Origin: an uncultured virus (IMG/VR IMGVR_UViG_3300042288_002474)
Taxonomy: Duplodnaviria > Heunggongvirae > Uroviricota > Caudoviricetes
Direction: 5' to 3' (one strand)
Length of the DNA: 64,000 nucleotides
IMG/VR virus record: IMGVR_UViG_3300042288_002474
Translations under genes and position numbers: made by a program
Shown here: one piece after another, positions 9,326 through 19,368 of the stretch
How positions within the stretch are numbered: the stretch's first letter is position 1
Layout of the letters: each line of letters begins with the position of its first letter
The notes under the pieces: generated by a model
What the model saw: the letters and a program-made list of their open reading frames with translations, nothing else
The model's database searches: none
What the model was told of the DNA's origin: nothing

Positions 9326-10338
9326 TCCCCAAAAGTATTAAAAGTATTTTTTATCTCCTCGCAAATTACTTTAATAAGTAATGGTGGTACAGAATTGCCA
9401 ATTACATGAACATCCAAGGCGTTTTTGCCAGAAAATTCATAACTTGGCGGAAAAGTCTGCAATCTAGCCAAACACGCCACGTTTAAGCCTTTTACAACGC
9501 CATTTATGCTTACATCTATTAACTTTTCCCTATTCGCACCCTTTCCATCGCTTCCTAAAGATGCTTTTAAAGTCCAAATTGGTGAATCTTCCTCACGGAT
9601 TTTATTCACCCCACTCCTTACGCCAACTCTTTCTACGACTACCTTGGCATTACTAAAGCCTTTATTCCTTAAACTTAGAGAGTTAAGTTGTTTTCTGGTT
9701 AAACTAACTTCTTTTAAATTAGGGATTAAATCTTCAATTGCTGAGTACCATCCTACCCATTCACCATTATTTTTACTATGCGTAGAACTAATCCTTACGG
9801 CAGGGAAATTTCTATAGTTAAAAATAGTAATTAATCTTTGGCGAGTTTGTGGCACGCCATAGTCAGCACAGTTAACTATCTCCTCAAAACTTATTTCATA
9901 GCCTAATTCCTTAAGGTAATTTTTAAATTTAATATAAACCTCGCTTTTAGCATAAGCCCTAACGTTTTCTAAAATTACATATTCAGGTCTAAATAAAGCA
10001 TAAAACTTCCTTGTCTTCCAAATGACTTTTGCACTTTCGGAATTAGGATTTTTATTTAGTTTTAATTGGGAATACTCCTGACATGGTGGCGAAGTTTGGA
10101 TTACTAAAATCTCATTATTCTTTTCCCTTGCCTCTTTTAATGGAATATGTTTTATAACACTTAGGATACTTACCTCTCCTATATCTTGGCAAATTACTTT
10201 ACCTAAATTCTTCTCATATAATTCCGCCACTTTCTTATCCCACTCAATCCCCAGCAAAGGTATAAACCCAGCTTGGATTGCTCCCAAAGTTGAGCCGCCA
10301 CCGCCGCTAAAATGCGAAAACCATAAAAACTTTTTCAT
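9322..10338 (-). CDS. DNA cytosine-C5 methyltransferase
   Basis: Motif I FSGGGG, IV SPPCQ, VI ENV, VIII QTRQR, IX RLQTFP, X GNSV. Confidence 0.93.
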   Translation of the reverse strand: MKKFLWFSHFSGGGGSTLGAIQAGFIPLLGIEWDKKVAELYEKNLGKVICQDIGEVSILSVIKHIPLKEAREKNNEILVIQTSPPCQEYSQLKLNKNPNSESAKVIWKTRKFYALFRPEYVILENVRAYAKSEVYIKFKNYLKELGYEISFEEIVNCADYGVPQTRQRLITIFNYRNFPAVRISSTHSKNNGEWVGWYSAIEDLIPNLKEVSLTRKQLNSLSLRNKGFSNAKVVVERVGVRSGVNKIREEDSPIWTLKASLGSDGKGANREKLIDVSINGVVKGLNVACLARLQTFPPSYEFSGKNALDVHVIGNSVPPLLIKVICEEIKNTFNTFGD

Positions 10339-10562
10339 TATTTCAAAACCCTACTTTCTATTTCTTTGCTAATCTCCAAAACTTTCCAGCGGCACTGATT
10401 TAGGTATTTAAAGGATTTATAATAATTTTTATAATCCTTACTTTTCTCCTGCGCCACAGATTGTTTTTCCAATATTTCTACGCTTTCTTTTATGTTATAA
10501 AGCATCTGCCACAATACCTCTATATGAAGTATTTTTATTGTGTTTAAAAATGGGTCATACAT
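10338..10562 (-). CDS. Hypothetical protein
   Basis: 74 aa, overlapping both neighbouring genes. Confidence 0.55.
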   Translation of the reverse strand: MYDPFLNTIKILHIEVLWQMLYNIKESVEILEKQSVAQEKSKDYKNYYKSFKYLNQCRWKVLEISKEIESRVLK

Positions 10563-11475
10563 TACTAATAATTAACTCCTTAACTTTACCTCTTTCCGCG
10601 CCTTTACTATTTATCGTACCATTTCTCCAAACTTCATTAATTTTAAATTCATCCCCATTGTACAAATCTAAAATAAAACTATTGTGAGAATTGCAAAGTA
10701 AAAACTTTATTTTATTTTCATTGTATTCCCTACATACGTCTCTTAATTTAACTTGCTCATCTTCCCCAAACGGGCTTTTGTTATAACCATTAAAAGTCCC
10801 ATGATAAGGTGGATCTAAAAATACAAAATCGCCAGGTTGAGGCAAATGACTAATATTAAAGAAAGATGTATTAACTACCGCTACATTATTACTGTTTAAG
10901 GCTAAGTTTGCCTCACTTAATAATATTGGCTGGTAAATCTTTTGTGTTAAATCCCCCATTGGGACATTAAACTCGCCATTTTTATTAACGCGATACATTC
11001 CTGATCTACAAGCCTTATTTAAGTAAATAAACTTTGCGGCATTATAAACATCTAACGTAAAAGTTTTGTTCCTTACTTCTTCAAAAAAAACCTTATCGTG
11101 AGATTCTGCAAATTCCTTTAAAAGAACTTGTTTTAATTTACTTAAATTATCCTTAACTTCTTTATAAGTATTCACTAAATCCGAGTTTAAATCACTTAAC
11201 AAAGCCCTCTGTATTAACCCCGCATTTTGGAGATGGAAAAACATTGCGCCGCCACCTAAAAATGGCTCAAAATAAGTATTAAATTCGGCGGGGATTAATC
11301 CTAATTCTTCGTATTGAGGAATTAATCTAGTTTTGCCTCCTACCCACTTAAGGAATGGTTTAAAATTTTTATCTTTAACTATTTCTGTTAAACAATTAAA
11401 GTCATGTTCGTATTTTAATTTTGCATTATTGGGAAGGACGGTTATAGCTTGAGGGTTGTTGTATGCGATCTTCAT
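10555..11475 (-). CDS. dam: Dam-family DNA adenine methyltransferase
   Basis: KWVGGK, EPFLGGG, YRVNKNGEFNVP, DPPY. Confidence 0.9.
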   Translation of the reverse strand: MKIAYNNPQAITVLPNNAKLKYEHDFNCLTEIVKDKNFKPFLKWVGGKTRLIPQYEELGLIPAEFNTYFEPFLGGGAMFFHLQNAGLIQRALLSDLNSDLVNTYKEVKDNLSKLKQVLLKEFAESHDKVFFEEVRNKTFTLDVYNAAKFIYLNKACRSGMYRVNKNGEFNVPMGDLTQKIYQPILLSEANLALNSNNVAVVNTSFFNISHLPQPGDFVFLDPPYHGTFNGYNKSPFGEDEQVKLRDVCREYNENKIKFLLCNSHNSFILDLYNGDEFKINEVWRNGTINSKGAERGKVKELIISNV

Positions 11476-11855
11476 AGATTTAAAATCTTTTGAGACAATT
11501 CATTCATTTCGCTAACCAACTCTTGATATTTTTTAAAGTCTGTAGAATTATTAATTTGCGAAAACTCTTGTTTGAATTTTTGAGTTAATTTATCCAACTT
11601 GATAATTAGCTTTTGCTTCTCCCATTGCTCCTCAGAATAAGCCTTACCGGAACATATATTATTTACTAAATCCAGTACACCATCAGATTTAAAAGTAAAC
11701 TTATACTCCCAATTTGTATCTTCATTATTAGCATAGATAAACTTAGTGCCTACTTTAGTAACTATTAATTTAATATCTATTGATTTTTTATCAATAGGTT
11801 TATTTGAAGGCATCCAGTAAATGTCGCCAATGTTTATTTTTTTTAATCCTTCCAT
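11472..11855 (-). CDS. Hypothetical protein
   Basis: 127 aa, GAGGT SD, first gene after promoter 11892-11920. Confidence 0.7.
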   Translation of the reverse strand: MEGLKKINIGDIYWMPSNKPIDKKSIDIKLIVTKVGTKFIYANNEDTNWEYKFTFKSDGVLDLVNNICSGKAYSEEQWEKQKLIIKLDKLTQKFKQEFSQINNSTDFKKYQELVSEMNELSQKILNL

Positions 11856-11891
11856 AGTTACCTCTCTTTATACATTTAAAAGTATAATTAT

Positions 11892-11920
11892 ATAATACAT
11901 GGTTTATATACCGTCGTCAA
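11892..11920 (-). promoter_or_regulatory. Conserved phage promoter
   Basis: TTGACG-ACGGTATA..(17 nt)-TATTAT. Confidence 0.7.
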
Positions 11921-11947
11921 GTCCCAAAAGTAAAAAAAATAAAAATT

Positions 11948-13249
11948 ATGCCTAGTATTAATTTTTTCCAAAGAGTAAAAAACATTTTCACGCAAATCCT
12001 TGCAAGGATAAGAAAACCCAGAGGATTTACAGGATCTTCTGAGTCTTTACGCTTAGGTCTAGCTTCTAAGAGGAATTTAAGCTTAGGATTACCGGAAATT
12101 CCCGTTAGAACAATTATGGGGGATGGCTATTTAACTCACCAATTGATAGAGATGTCAATATGGAATCCAGAGGTACGACACTCTAGTAGTATTTTAGCTA
12201 GGGATGTTTTTATTAGAGAAAATGGCGAAGTTCGTAGTTGGAAAGTTAACCCTAAGATGGATGACGTAGAAGTAGATAAAAATTTAATTAGTGTAAGTAA
12301 AGAAATGGCATCAAGGCAATTTGGAAAAGATTTAGTTCTAGGAGGTAATGCCTTAGAGCCAGGCGTAAGGAGGATGCTGAGGTTTGGCGATAGTTTTGCA
12401 GAATTAGGATTAAACTTCGACAGTAAAAATAAGAAAGATTACTTTATAGAAAAAATCCAATACCTCCCAACTTTCTCTATGTTTGTGGATGTAAATAGTG
12501 AAGGGGAACTAAAAGGAACTTATTCACAAAGGAAAATGATTAGCGAAAGTCCTGACGATAGGGTATTTCCTGATTGGAAAATATTGCATTTTAAATATGA
12601 AGAATTAGGAGCTTCAGGAAGGTATGGCGACTCCTTATTTTTACAGTCAGTTGAAGCTTACGAATACTTAAAAGAACACCGTCCAGATGTCGCCCAAGCT
12701 GTCCGAGCCGCCGCAATTTCTCCTTGGCTTCATCTCATGCCCGAAGGCGCGGATGAAGAATACAAAGAAGCTTATATGCTTGAGCATAAATCGCAATTAG
12801 CACAAGGCTTAATTTCCAACCTTTACTTGTTAAATAAAGCTGACGTAAGAAAAGCTTATAGTAATGGTAATGAAAGTCTTAAGGGCGTTTTTGATTATTG
12901 GATGAAGCTTAGGGAAGAGTTAGTGCCGCCTGGCGTACCGCTATGGTTTTTCCCAGGGTTGGGAATGGAATCAAACTCAGGTAAGGATATAGCTAACCAA
13001 CCCGCATTGATGTACTCAAGAAATATCCAAGCTTTGCGAGGGTTGGTCGGAACTCAGGTTAAGTGGTGCATTAGCCTAGAGTATTGCATGAAATTCGGGT
13101 ATGAATCGTACTATGAAAATGTCATTAAAAGGGGTGGCTTTGAATTAGATTGGGGAATTTGGGCAGTTAACGGACAAGAGTTTTTAATGAAAGCTCAAAA
13201 CCAATCAACCCAAAATCAACAGTTAAGTGCGGGCGCAGGGAAGGAATAA
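11948..13249 (+). CDS. Probable portal protein
   Basis: 433 aa; FGDSFAE, ILHFKY, RYGDSL patterns as in portals; plus strand between terL and capsid. Confidence 0.6.
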   Translation: MPSINFFQRVKNIFTQILARIRKPRGFTGSSESLRLGLASKRNLSLGLPEIPVRTIMGDGYLTHQLIEMSIWNPEVRHSSSILARDVFIRENGEVRSWKVNPKMDDVEVDKNLISVSKEMASRQFGKDLVLGGNALEPGVRRMLRFGDSFAELGLNFDSKNKKDYFIEKIQYLPTFSMFVDVNSEGELKGTYSQRKMISESPDDRVFPDWKILHFKYEELGASGRYGDSLFLQSVEAYEYLKEHRPDVAQAVRAAAISPWLHLMPEGADEEYKEAYMLEHKSQLAQGLISNLYLLNKADVRKAYSNGNESLKGVFDYWMKLREELVPPGVPLWFFPGLGMESNSGKDIANQPALMYSRNIQALRGLVGTQVKWCISLEYCMKFGYESYYENVIKRGGFELDWGIWAVNGQEFLMKAQNQSTQNQQLSAGAGKE

Positions 13250-13259
13250 TTAATAAAAA

Positions 13260-13293
13260 AATCCCTTAACTTCTGGTGCTGAGTTAAGGGATT
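13260..13293. terminator. Bidirectional terminator
   Basis: AATCCCTTAACT/AGTTAAGGGATT hairpin between convergent genes. Confidence 0.65.
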
Positions 13294-13343
13294 ACCATAG
13301 TAAATAGTGAGGAGTGACTCAAACTAAGAACCACGATAATATT

Positions 13344-13580
13344 TTAGCATAAATAATCGGGGTTTACGTTAAATTTTCCGTCCGATAAATCTTTTCCGCA
13401 ATTTGGACATTCAGCATAACTCCCGCTAAAACCGTAATTGCCAAGAGATCTGTTTAATTGTAAAGTTTTTATTACTGTCGGAACTTCAGTTTTTAAACTT
13501 CCATAAATTTCTGCTGGCGTAGGATTGGAATCCCCAACCCATCCGCAACTAGGGCATTTTATGTATTTTATTTCTGGCAT
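13344..13580 (-). CDS. Zinc-ribbon protein
   Basis: CPSC...CPNC. Confidence 0.65.
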   Translation of the reverse strand: MPEIKYIKCPSCGWVGDSNPTPAEIYGSLKTEVPTVIKTLQLNRSLGNYGFSGSYAECPNCGKDLSDGKFNVNPDYLC

Positions 13581-13760
13581 ACTTTTTAATTACCTGACTA
13601 TTTTAAAATTTCTACCGCGATAATTTTTTTATTACTTGTCCAAGTTTGCAACATTCTTTGTTCGGAACATTCCCTATCTAAAGATTTGATTCTTCGCCAA
13701 CCGTCAATATCTTTAAAGTAGCTACCAACAATAGTGCCTATTTTTTTAACTGGCATGGCT

Positions 13761-13970
13761 TTAAACCTCTAAAGCTGCGTAATAATCGTCCCAAGTTTCG
13801 TCAATCACTTCATCAACAGTTTTTCCTCTTGCTAATTGGGAAAATCTATACTGTGTCCAAAATTCAAAATCTTCATCGTCTACATATAGCGGTCTACCAT
13901 GAAAGGTCATCGCAAGCAGTCTCTTTTTTAGTAACTTGCTTTGCCATGCGACACTAAAATTAATTTGCAT
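13761..13970 (-). CDS. Hypothetical protein
   Basis: 69-aa ORF in operon. Confidence 0.55.
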   Translation of the reverse strand: MQINFSVAWQSKLLKKRLLAMTFHGRPLYVDDEDFEFWTQYRFSQLARGKTVDEVIDETWDDYYAALEV

Positions 13971-14283
13971 CGCTGTTTAATCCTTTTAAATCATCTTCAT
14001 CAAAATAGAATGTTTTGCAAAACTCTTCTCTAGTTAAAGCCTTAAATTCGTTGTTAAAATAACTCCTGGCTACTTTCCAAATAGCAGACTCGAAAGTAAT
14101 CTCTCCATTGCAATCTATCTGGGGTCGGTTTATAGTTTTTTGAAGGATTACACTTTTCTTACTAATTTTTATTATGGAAAAATGCGATCCACTTGTTAAA
14201 TGCCTTACACCGTAAGAGAAATTAATTTCCGCTGATTTTAACTTTCCGTAATCTTTACCGCCAATCATTAATCTAACCTCCAT
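13960..14283 (-). CDS. Hypothetical protein
   Basis: 107-aa ORF in operon. Confidence 0.6.
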   Translation of the reverse strand: MEVRLMIGGKDYGKLKSAEINFSYGVRHLTSGSHFSIIKISKKSVILQKTINRPQIDCNGEITFESAIWKVARSYFNNEFKALTREEFCKTFYFDEDDLKGLNSDAN

Positions 14284-14704
14284 TTTTATGTTCCTCTCTA
14301 ATTTTCATTAAAATTTTTCCCAAGTGATTTTCGCCAACGCCGTCGTAAGTTTTACCCCAAATTCTGTCACCCCAATTATTCCATTCTATAATTTCCTCAC
14401 TTCCCGTAGCCATTAATTTATAGTACCAACTTGTACCCTCCATGAATTTAAACCTTAAGATATCTTCCATTACAAGGAATTTAATTTCATCCCAATTGTA
14501 ATCCTTCCTAAGCTTTACCTTTCTACCCATTTTTTTAGCTTCAGAAGGACTTACTTCAGATATTAACTTCCTTGTAGTTAAATCCTCCCTCTCGGTCTTC
14601 ATAGCTTGAAAGAAATTTTCGGCAGTCCAGTATTTAATATCTTGGTAAATAAAGGGCGTGTCCATTGGCTCAAAATTACTAAACCAGTTTTTTGTCCAAG
14701 CCAT
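14273..14704 (-). CDS. NADAR (YbiA-like) family protein
   Basis: FSNF, TAENFFQAMK, AKKMGR, W..IK..VM, KF, DRIWG, GENHLGKILMKIR. Confidence 0.9.
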   Translation of the reverse strand: MAWTKNWFSNFEPMDTPFIYQDIKYWTAENFFQAMKTEREDLTTRKLISEVSPSEAKKMGRKVKLRKDYNWDEIKFLVMEDILRFKFMEGTSWYYKLMATGSEEIIEWNNWGDRIWGKTYDGVGENHLGKILMKIREEHKNGG

Positions 14705-14707
14705 AAA

Positions 14708-15046
14708 TTACGAACCTAAAGATTTTTTAAAACCATCGTTTATTAATTGTTGATATTCTTTAAACTTTTCTGGATCTGTAACTACAAGCTCGTAACCGAG
14801 TCTTATAATGTCCTCTGGCTCGTAACATACCCTGCCGCATATCGTAACAGGCTTGTAAGGAATAGGTTTTAATAAATCCGCGTACAAATCTTGTTTTGTA
14901 AGCATAAAAAAACCAGCTTTTATTTCATTCGCCAGTCCAGATGCAATTATTTCTGCAAACCAATAATTGGGATATCCGCCGCAAGCAGATTTTACTTGAT
15001 CGCATTTGTTATTCCAATCTTCTTCGCTAGACGCGGACTTCATCAA
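14708..15046 (-). CDS. Hypothetical protein (true start may be further upstream)
   Basis: 112-aa ORF downstream of promoter 15107-15136. Confidence 0.6.
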   Translation of the reverse strand: MMKSASSEEDWNNKCDQVKSACGGYPNYWFAEIIASGLANEIKAGFFMLTKQDLYADLLKPIPYKPVTICGRVCYEPEDIIRLGYELVVTDPEKFKEYQQLINDGFKKSLGS

Positions 15047-15199
15047 TTCAATTACTTCTGTTTTAGTCGTCTTTATATTCCTCTCTTACTCTTTAACTTC
15101 ATTCTGGTTATACCACACCTTTCTATCGTCGGTCAATAGGTAAATTAAAAAATATAAATTTAGGATATACTGATATAAATAATTACTTACTTTATAGAT

Positions 15200-15724
15200 A
15201 TGCCTAAGCGTCAAAAACAAATAGATTTAACTTCCCAATCTGCGGAATTTATAAACCTCACCATAAGCCCCGGTGACACTTTTACATTCACACTCCAAAA
15301 TATCCAACAGTTTTACGGATCGTTGGGAATTATTTTTATAGGCGACACACAGCAAAGACTGGGCTTATTCCCCAGTGGCTATTACTTATTTAAAATCCCC
15401 GCGGCTGGCAGCAAATTAGATTTAGTAATTAGCGCGGGGCAAACTATGGCCATGAGTGGACAAATCCCAATTGCCTATTCGGGAGAGATTCAGCTTATTA
15501 CGCCATTGAGCCAAATTGATTCATTTAACTTTTCCGCCAATATTACGCCGGCGGATAAAATTCAAGTTATTACCGCATCATCAGTTGCCCAACATACTTA
15601 TAGATTTTTAGGAGTATTAAGTGCTGCGCCAACTACAAGTTTGGCTCAATATCAGATTTATTTTAACTCAACCTTGACTAAATTTTTTGTTTACGACGGC
15701 GAGGGTTGGGTAGAAATAGTCTAA
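15200..15724 (+). CDS. Putative virion protein
   Basis: Beta-rich; C-terminal AAPT..YFNSTLTKFFVYDG..W motif typical of fibre/decoration proteins. Confidence 0.5.
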   Translation: MPKRQKQIDLTSQSAEFINLTISPGDTFTFTLQNIQQFYGSLGIIFIGDTQQRLGLFPSGYYLFKIPAAGSKLDLVISAGQTMAMSGQIPIAYSGEIQLITPLSQIDSFNFSANITPADKIQVITASSVAQHTYRFLGVLSAAPTTSLAQYQIYFNSTLTKFFVYDGEGWVEIV

Positions 15725-15889
15725 AAAACGTCAAGTAAAAATGGAGTTTTTAGGGAAACGTCATACAAATCGCGTCATTCATTTTCTTCTCTAATAACGA
15801 TTTCTCCTGACGTGGGCTTAAAGTTAAAAATCCTCCAAAGGCTTATACAAAAGCACTTTGGAGGATTTATTGTAATTTACCTGACGGGT

Positions 15890-18800
15890 TTATTTGCCCT
15901 CTTCCTTAAATAAGCACTTATCCGAGTCGCATCCGGCCGGGCCAACTTGAGAATCTTCCACTTCCGCTGCGCTTAACCTTATTTGCAAAAGTTCATCAAA
16001 ACTACTATTTTTACGGCGAGCTAAAACCTCTCCCCATAAATCTTCATATTTTTCCTTAGAAATTGGCTCAAATGGCAGACGAGGGAAAGTTTCGCCACCG
16101 TCAAATCTTGCCAAAAGTGCCGCAGAACTATATCCGCCACAATTTTGGATGTTCTGGTAAAGGAGTTGTGCATATTCCCCAATTTCCTCTTGACGTATTT
16201 CCAAAGTTGCTGAAGTATTGTGAGTTGCGTAGTAATTTTGTACTTGTAGGTAAAAGTCAAATTGGGCTTTTGCGCTAAATTTGCTTATATCTACATCTTC
16301 CCCGATGTTATCCGCCCAGCTAGTTTTTGTGGGAATTTCTACCAACCATTCCGTAACTCTTGGGTCAAATGGATCGTTTAATAAATTACCCTCAGCATCT
16401 TTACAAGATTGGGAAGGAATAATACTGTAGCCATAGTCCATACAAGCTAAAGCTACTGCATCGTCTCTGCCAAAAGTAATCCGACGGATAAATCTAGCAG
16501 CTTTTGGAGGATGCCAACCAGGAGACGCGCCAGTTAAGAGACTCTTAGTCCCGCTTGGTTGCACCGTAGTACATCTATTGGGGCGTTTAAGCGAATGTGC
16601 ATGACAGTATTCCCAAACTGCTTTATGGGCTTCATCTTTAAAAAGCGTCAGGTAAAATTCTTCCAAGGCTTTAAAAAGTAGTCCGTTGCAAACGCCGGGG
16701 TGTTTTATAGCAAATTTCCCTTGGCTTTTATTCCAATCGTTAATAATTTCAACTACCTCATCTGGGAATGTTTCTATCCAATTTTCTAAATCCTTTGATG
16801 TGATAAAGTCTCTGTCTGAGTATTCCTCCCTGCCGCCTTCCCACCAGCGCAACCAACTTTCCCCAAATAAATTAACGAAAAAGTCAAATAAGCCAGTAAA
16901 GCTAACGCCAACAATAGGGTCTAACTCCCTAGATTTTTGATATCTCTCGTCAGGGAATTTGTCATTTAATAGTACGGCTGCAATTAAACCCGCAGCCCTA
17001 AATGAGTCTCTTAAACTATTTAAGTCTTTTCCATCTAGCGTGTTTAGGTGTACTTCAGCGAGATCGCAGAAAAAATTGTTACCCACAATTTCTCCGCAAT
17101 TATGCGCGACAAAGCCCTCTACTACACCCCAGTGCGTTATTGGTTCAGAAAAATCATAAACTTTTACAATCCCTTGTTTTTCTACTACCGATATTGAGGG
17201 AGAGGTTGCCAAGAGAGTTTTGGCAAATTTATCAATCTTGTACGAATGAATAAAGTTGATTTGGTTGAAGAATGAAAGTCTCCCTTTGTATTGCTGAATA
17301 TTTACGTCGTAACTTTCTCTACATTGGTAAATACCGTTAGGAAACGATACGGTTGACGGTCGGTTGATGGTAATATAAGCTTCTATGCCAAAGTCTGCTT
17401 TTAAAGAATCAACAACCTGTTCGCCCATTTCTCTACAGGTCGTCTTTAAGGTCACTCTGCCGTTTTTTAGAACACTGCCGTTAGCTGAATAAAGTCCAGA
17501 CAAGAACGATGCTTTTATGTCTAAGTCCCAGCCTTTATAAGTGGATGGGAGTGCGCGAAATGGAAGGGTGTAAAGAGAAAAGTCGTATTTGTCAATTAAC
17601 TCATTCAGTCCGTTAACATAAATACGCCTTTCGCCATGTTTCTTGCATTTCAAACCTTCCGTTTCTTGGAAAAATTCTAGGATTTCTTGATCCTTTTTAC
17701 CTATGTTGACAGCAACACCTAGTTGCCCTTTTTTGTCGCCTTTCAAATCAGATAAATCAGATAATTGACCATCACCTTGGACAAATCCTAAACAAACGAA
17801 TATTTTATTCTTATGCTCTGGCACTTTTAAGAATGGCATTAATCTGTCACCCGGTCTTAATTCAGATGCGTCAACTCTTTTGCCATCAATATTTAAAAAA
17901 GAGTGATCTGGAGTGCAGTGAATACTTCCATAAGCCCCCATTCCTACCCTTACGGTTTCCTTTTCACCTGAACACCATATATGAGATAGAGAAACATTGC
18001 CCTCTGCGTTAATTATCTCTACATCTTGACCGTCCAACGACTCGAATGCTCTGTAACCATCTTTAGTTAATATTTTCATATCCCCACGAAAACAAGGGTT
18101 GGTAGCGTACCTAGACATCCTTTCTTCCGCTTCAGTAATACTCAACAGCCCTAACTTAGCTAAAAAATTTAATGCTTCATTTAAGGACTTATTGTATAAG
18201 TCTAAAAACTTATTTTTTAAATCCTTATTAGAGAGTAAATCCACGTTAGCTCTAGCTACCGCTTCGCCAGCCCATTGAATTGCACCTTCACCGCTGTGGA
18301 ATTGTTTTTGCACACTTTTTTTGACCTCTTCTAAAGTTGGGCGACGGTGATAAACTAACGTATGATTAGCCATTCTTAAGCAATCTTTGTCAGGATCTAT
18401 TTTCCAGTTACCCTCATTGTCTTGTTGCCACAAGTTATCTTTAGCTGTTGCAAACTCTATATCTTCTGGCGAACCCTGTCTCATGCCCGCCGACCTTCTT
18501 ATATTTCCGGCTACAATTGTAACACTAGCCTCATCAATTAACTTGCATAACTCTAAAGCGGTAAGTTGGCGACCTATAGCCCCGTTTAAAATCTTAGCTA
18601 ATTTTCCATACATCCCAGCTAAAGCTATGGGATTAGCTGTTCCGCCAAAGCCTTTAAGTTTTTCCCCACTACTTCTTACCGCACCTAAGCAAACGAAAAC
18701 TTTAACGTTTTTCGCTAAATCTTCCCTTGAAGACAACTCTAGAAGTGTAAGGTAAGAGTCTACCCAACCCTTACGGCTATCTCCAACAAAAATGTTAACT

Positions 18801-19273
18801 TGTCCGCGCGCGCCGCTAACGATAGTGTCATCGTGCCTGTTTTCTTTTTTTACAGTGCCAGGTAAATTAACAATCTCTACGCTTAAATTATTCCTTATAA
18901 TAGGAAGATTTTTAATATATTTATCTTCCAACACTGCGCCAGTCCCGCATCCCTGCATAGCCAAATTCATCATTAAGCTTAATGCTTCCCAGTCTGTAAT
19001 GTTTGTGGATGAGCAATTATAAGCACCGTAAACGTTTTCTGGCTTTTTTAACCAGTCTGTTCCGCCACACCACAGCCACCTTCCACTACTTAATACTTTA
19101 AATTCTTCCTGCGATCGCCTAATTAAGTCACCCTCAGCCTTAGTTAATTTTCCCAGAGAAATTAATGCCGTAATTGTCCGGTCACAAACATCTTGCCATG
19201 TCTCTTTTTTACTTCTTGAATAAGTGCGGTAAAACACAGGTTTTGCGGACGGAGCATAAACTTCGTTAAACAT
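15890..19273 (-). CDS. nrdJ: Class II (adenosylcobalamin-dependent) ribonucleotide reductase containing an intein
   Basis: FYRTYSR, YNCSS, GNIRRSA, NP/CGEI active site, TTVQPSGT, C-terminal CDSDKC. Confidence 0.95.
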   Translation of the reverse strand: MFNEVYAPSAKPVFYRTYSRSKKETWQDVCDRTITALISLGKLTKAEGDLIRRSQEEFKVLSSGRWLWCGGTDWLKKPENVYGAYNCSSTNITDWEALSLMMNLAMQGCGTGAVLEDKYIKNLPIIRNNLSVEIVNLPGTVKKENRHDDTIVSGARGQVNIFVGDSRKGWVDSYLTLLELSSREDLAKNVKVFVCLGAVRSSGEKLKGFGGTANPIALAGMYGKLAKILNGAIGRQLTALELCKLIDEASVTIVAGNIRRSAGMRQGSPEDIEFATAKDNLWQQDNEGNWKIDPDKDCLRMANHTLVYHRRPTLEEVKKSVQKQFHSGEGAIQWAGEAVARANVDLLSNKDLKNKFLDLYNKSLNEALNFLAKLGLLSITEAEERMSRYATNPCFRGDMKILTKDGYRAFESLDGQDVEIINAEGNVSLSHIWCSGEKETVRVGMGAYGSIHCTPDHSFLNIDGKRVDASELRPGDRLMPFLKVPEHKNKIFVCLGFVQGDGQLSDLSDLKGDKKGQLGVAVNIGKKDQEILEFFQETEGLKCKKHGERRIYVNGLNELIDKYDFSLYTLPFRALPSTYKGWDLDIKASFLSGLYSANGSVLKNGRVTLKTTCREMGEQVVDSLKADFGIEAYITINRPSTVSFPNGIYQCRESYDVNIQQYKGRLSFFNQINFIHSYKIDKFAKTLLATSPSISVVEKQGIVKVYDFSEPITHWGVVEGFVAHNCGEIVGNNFFCDLAEVHLNTLDGKDLNSLRDSFRAAGLIAAVLLNDKFPDERYQKSRELDPIVGVSFTGLFDFFVNLFGESWLRWWEGGREEYSDRDFITSKDLENWIETFPDEVVEIINDWNKSQGKFAIKHPGVCNGLLFKALEEFYLTLFKDEAHKAVWEYCHAHSLKRPNRCTTVQPSGTKSLLTGASPGWHPPKAARFIRRITFGRDDAVALACMDYGYSIIPSQSCKDAEGNLLNDPFDPRVTEWLVEIPTKTSWADNIGEDVDISKFSAKAQFDFYLQVQNYYATHNTSATLEIRQEEIGEYAQLLYQNIQNCGGYSSAALLARFDGGETFPRLPFEPISKEKYEDLWGEVLARRKNSSFDELLQIRLSAAEVEDSQVGPAGCDSDKCLFKEEGK
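17099..18094 (-). mobile_element. Intein (332 aa) with LAGLIDADG homing endonuclease in nrdJ
   Basis: Starts CFRGD, block B TPDH, LGFVQGDG and FLSGLYSANG motifs, ends VAHN followed by Cys+1. Confidence 0.92.
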
Positions 19274-19368
19274 TTTCTTAGAGGAGTAAAGATTTATACT
19301 TGTTTATAGCACATTCCCATAAAGAATGTTATAATAAGCACTAATCAGTTTTTTTAACCTTAAAAAAA

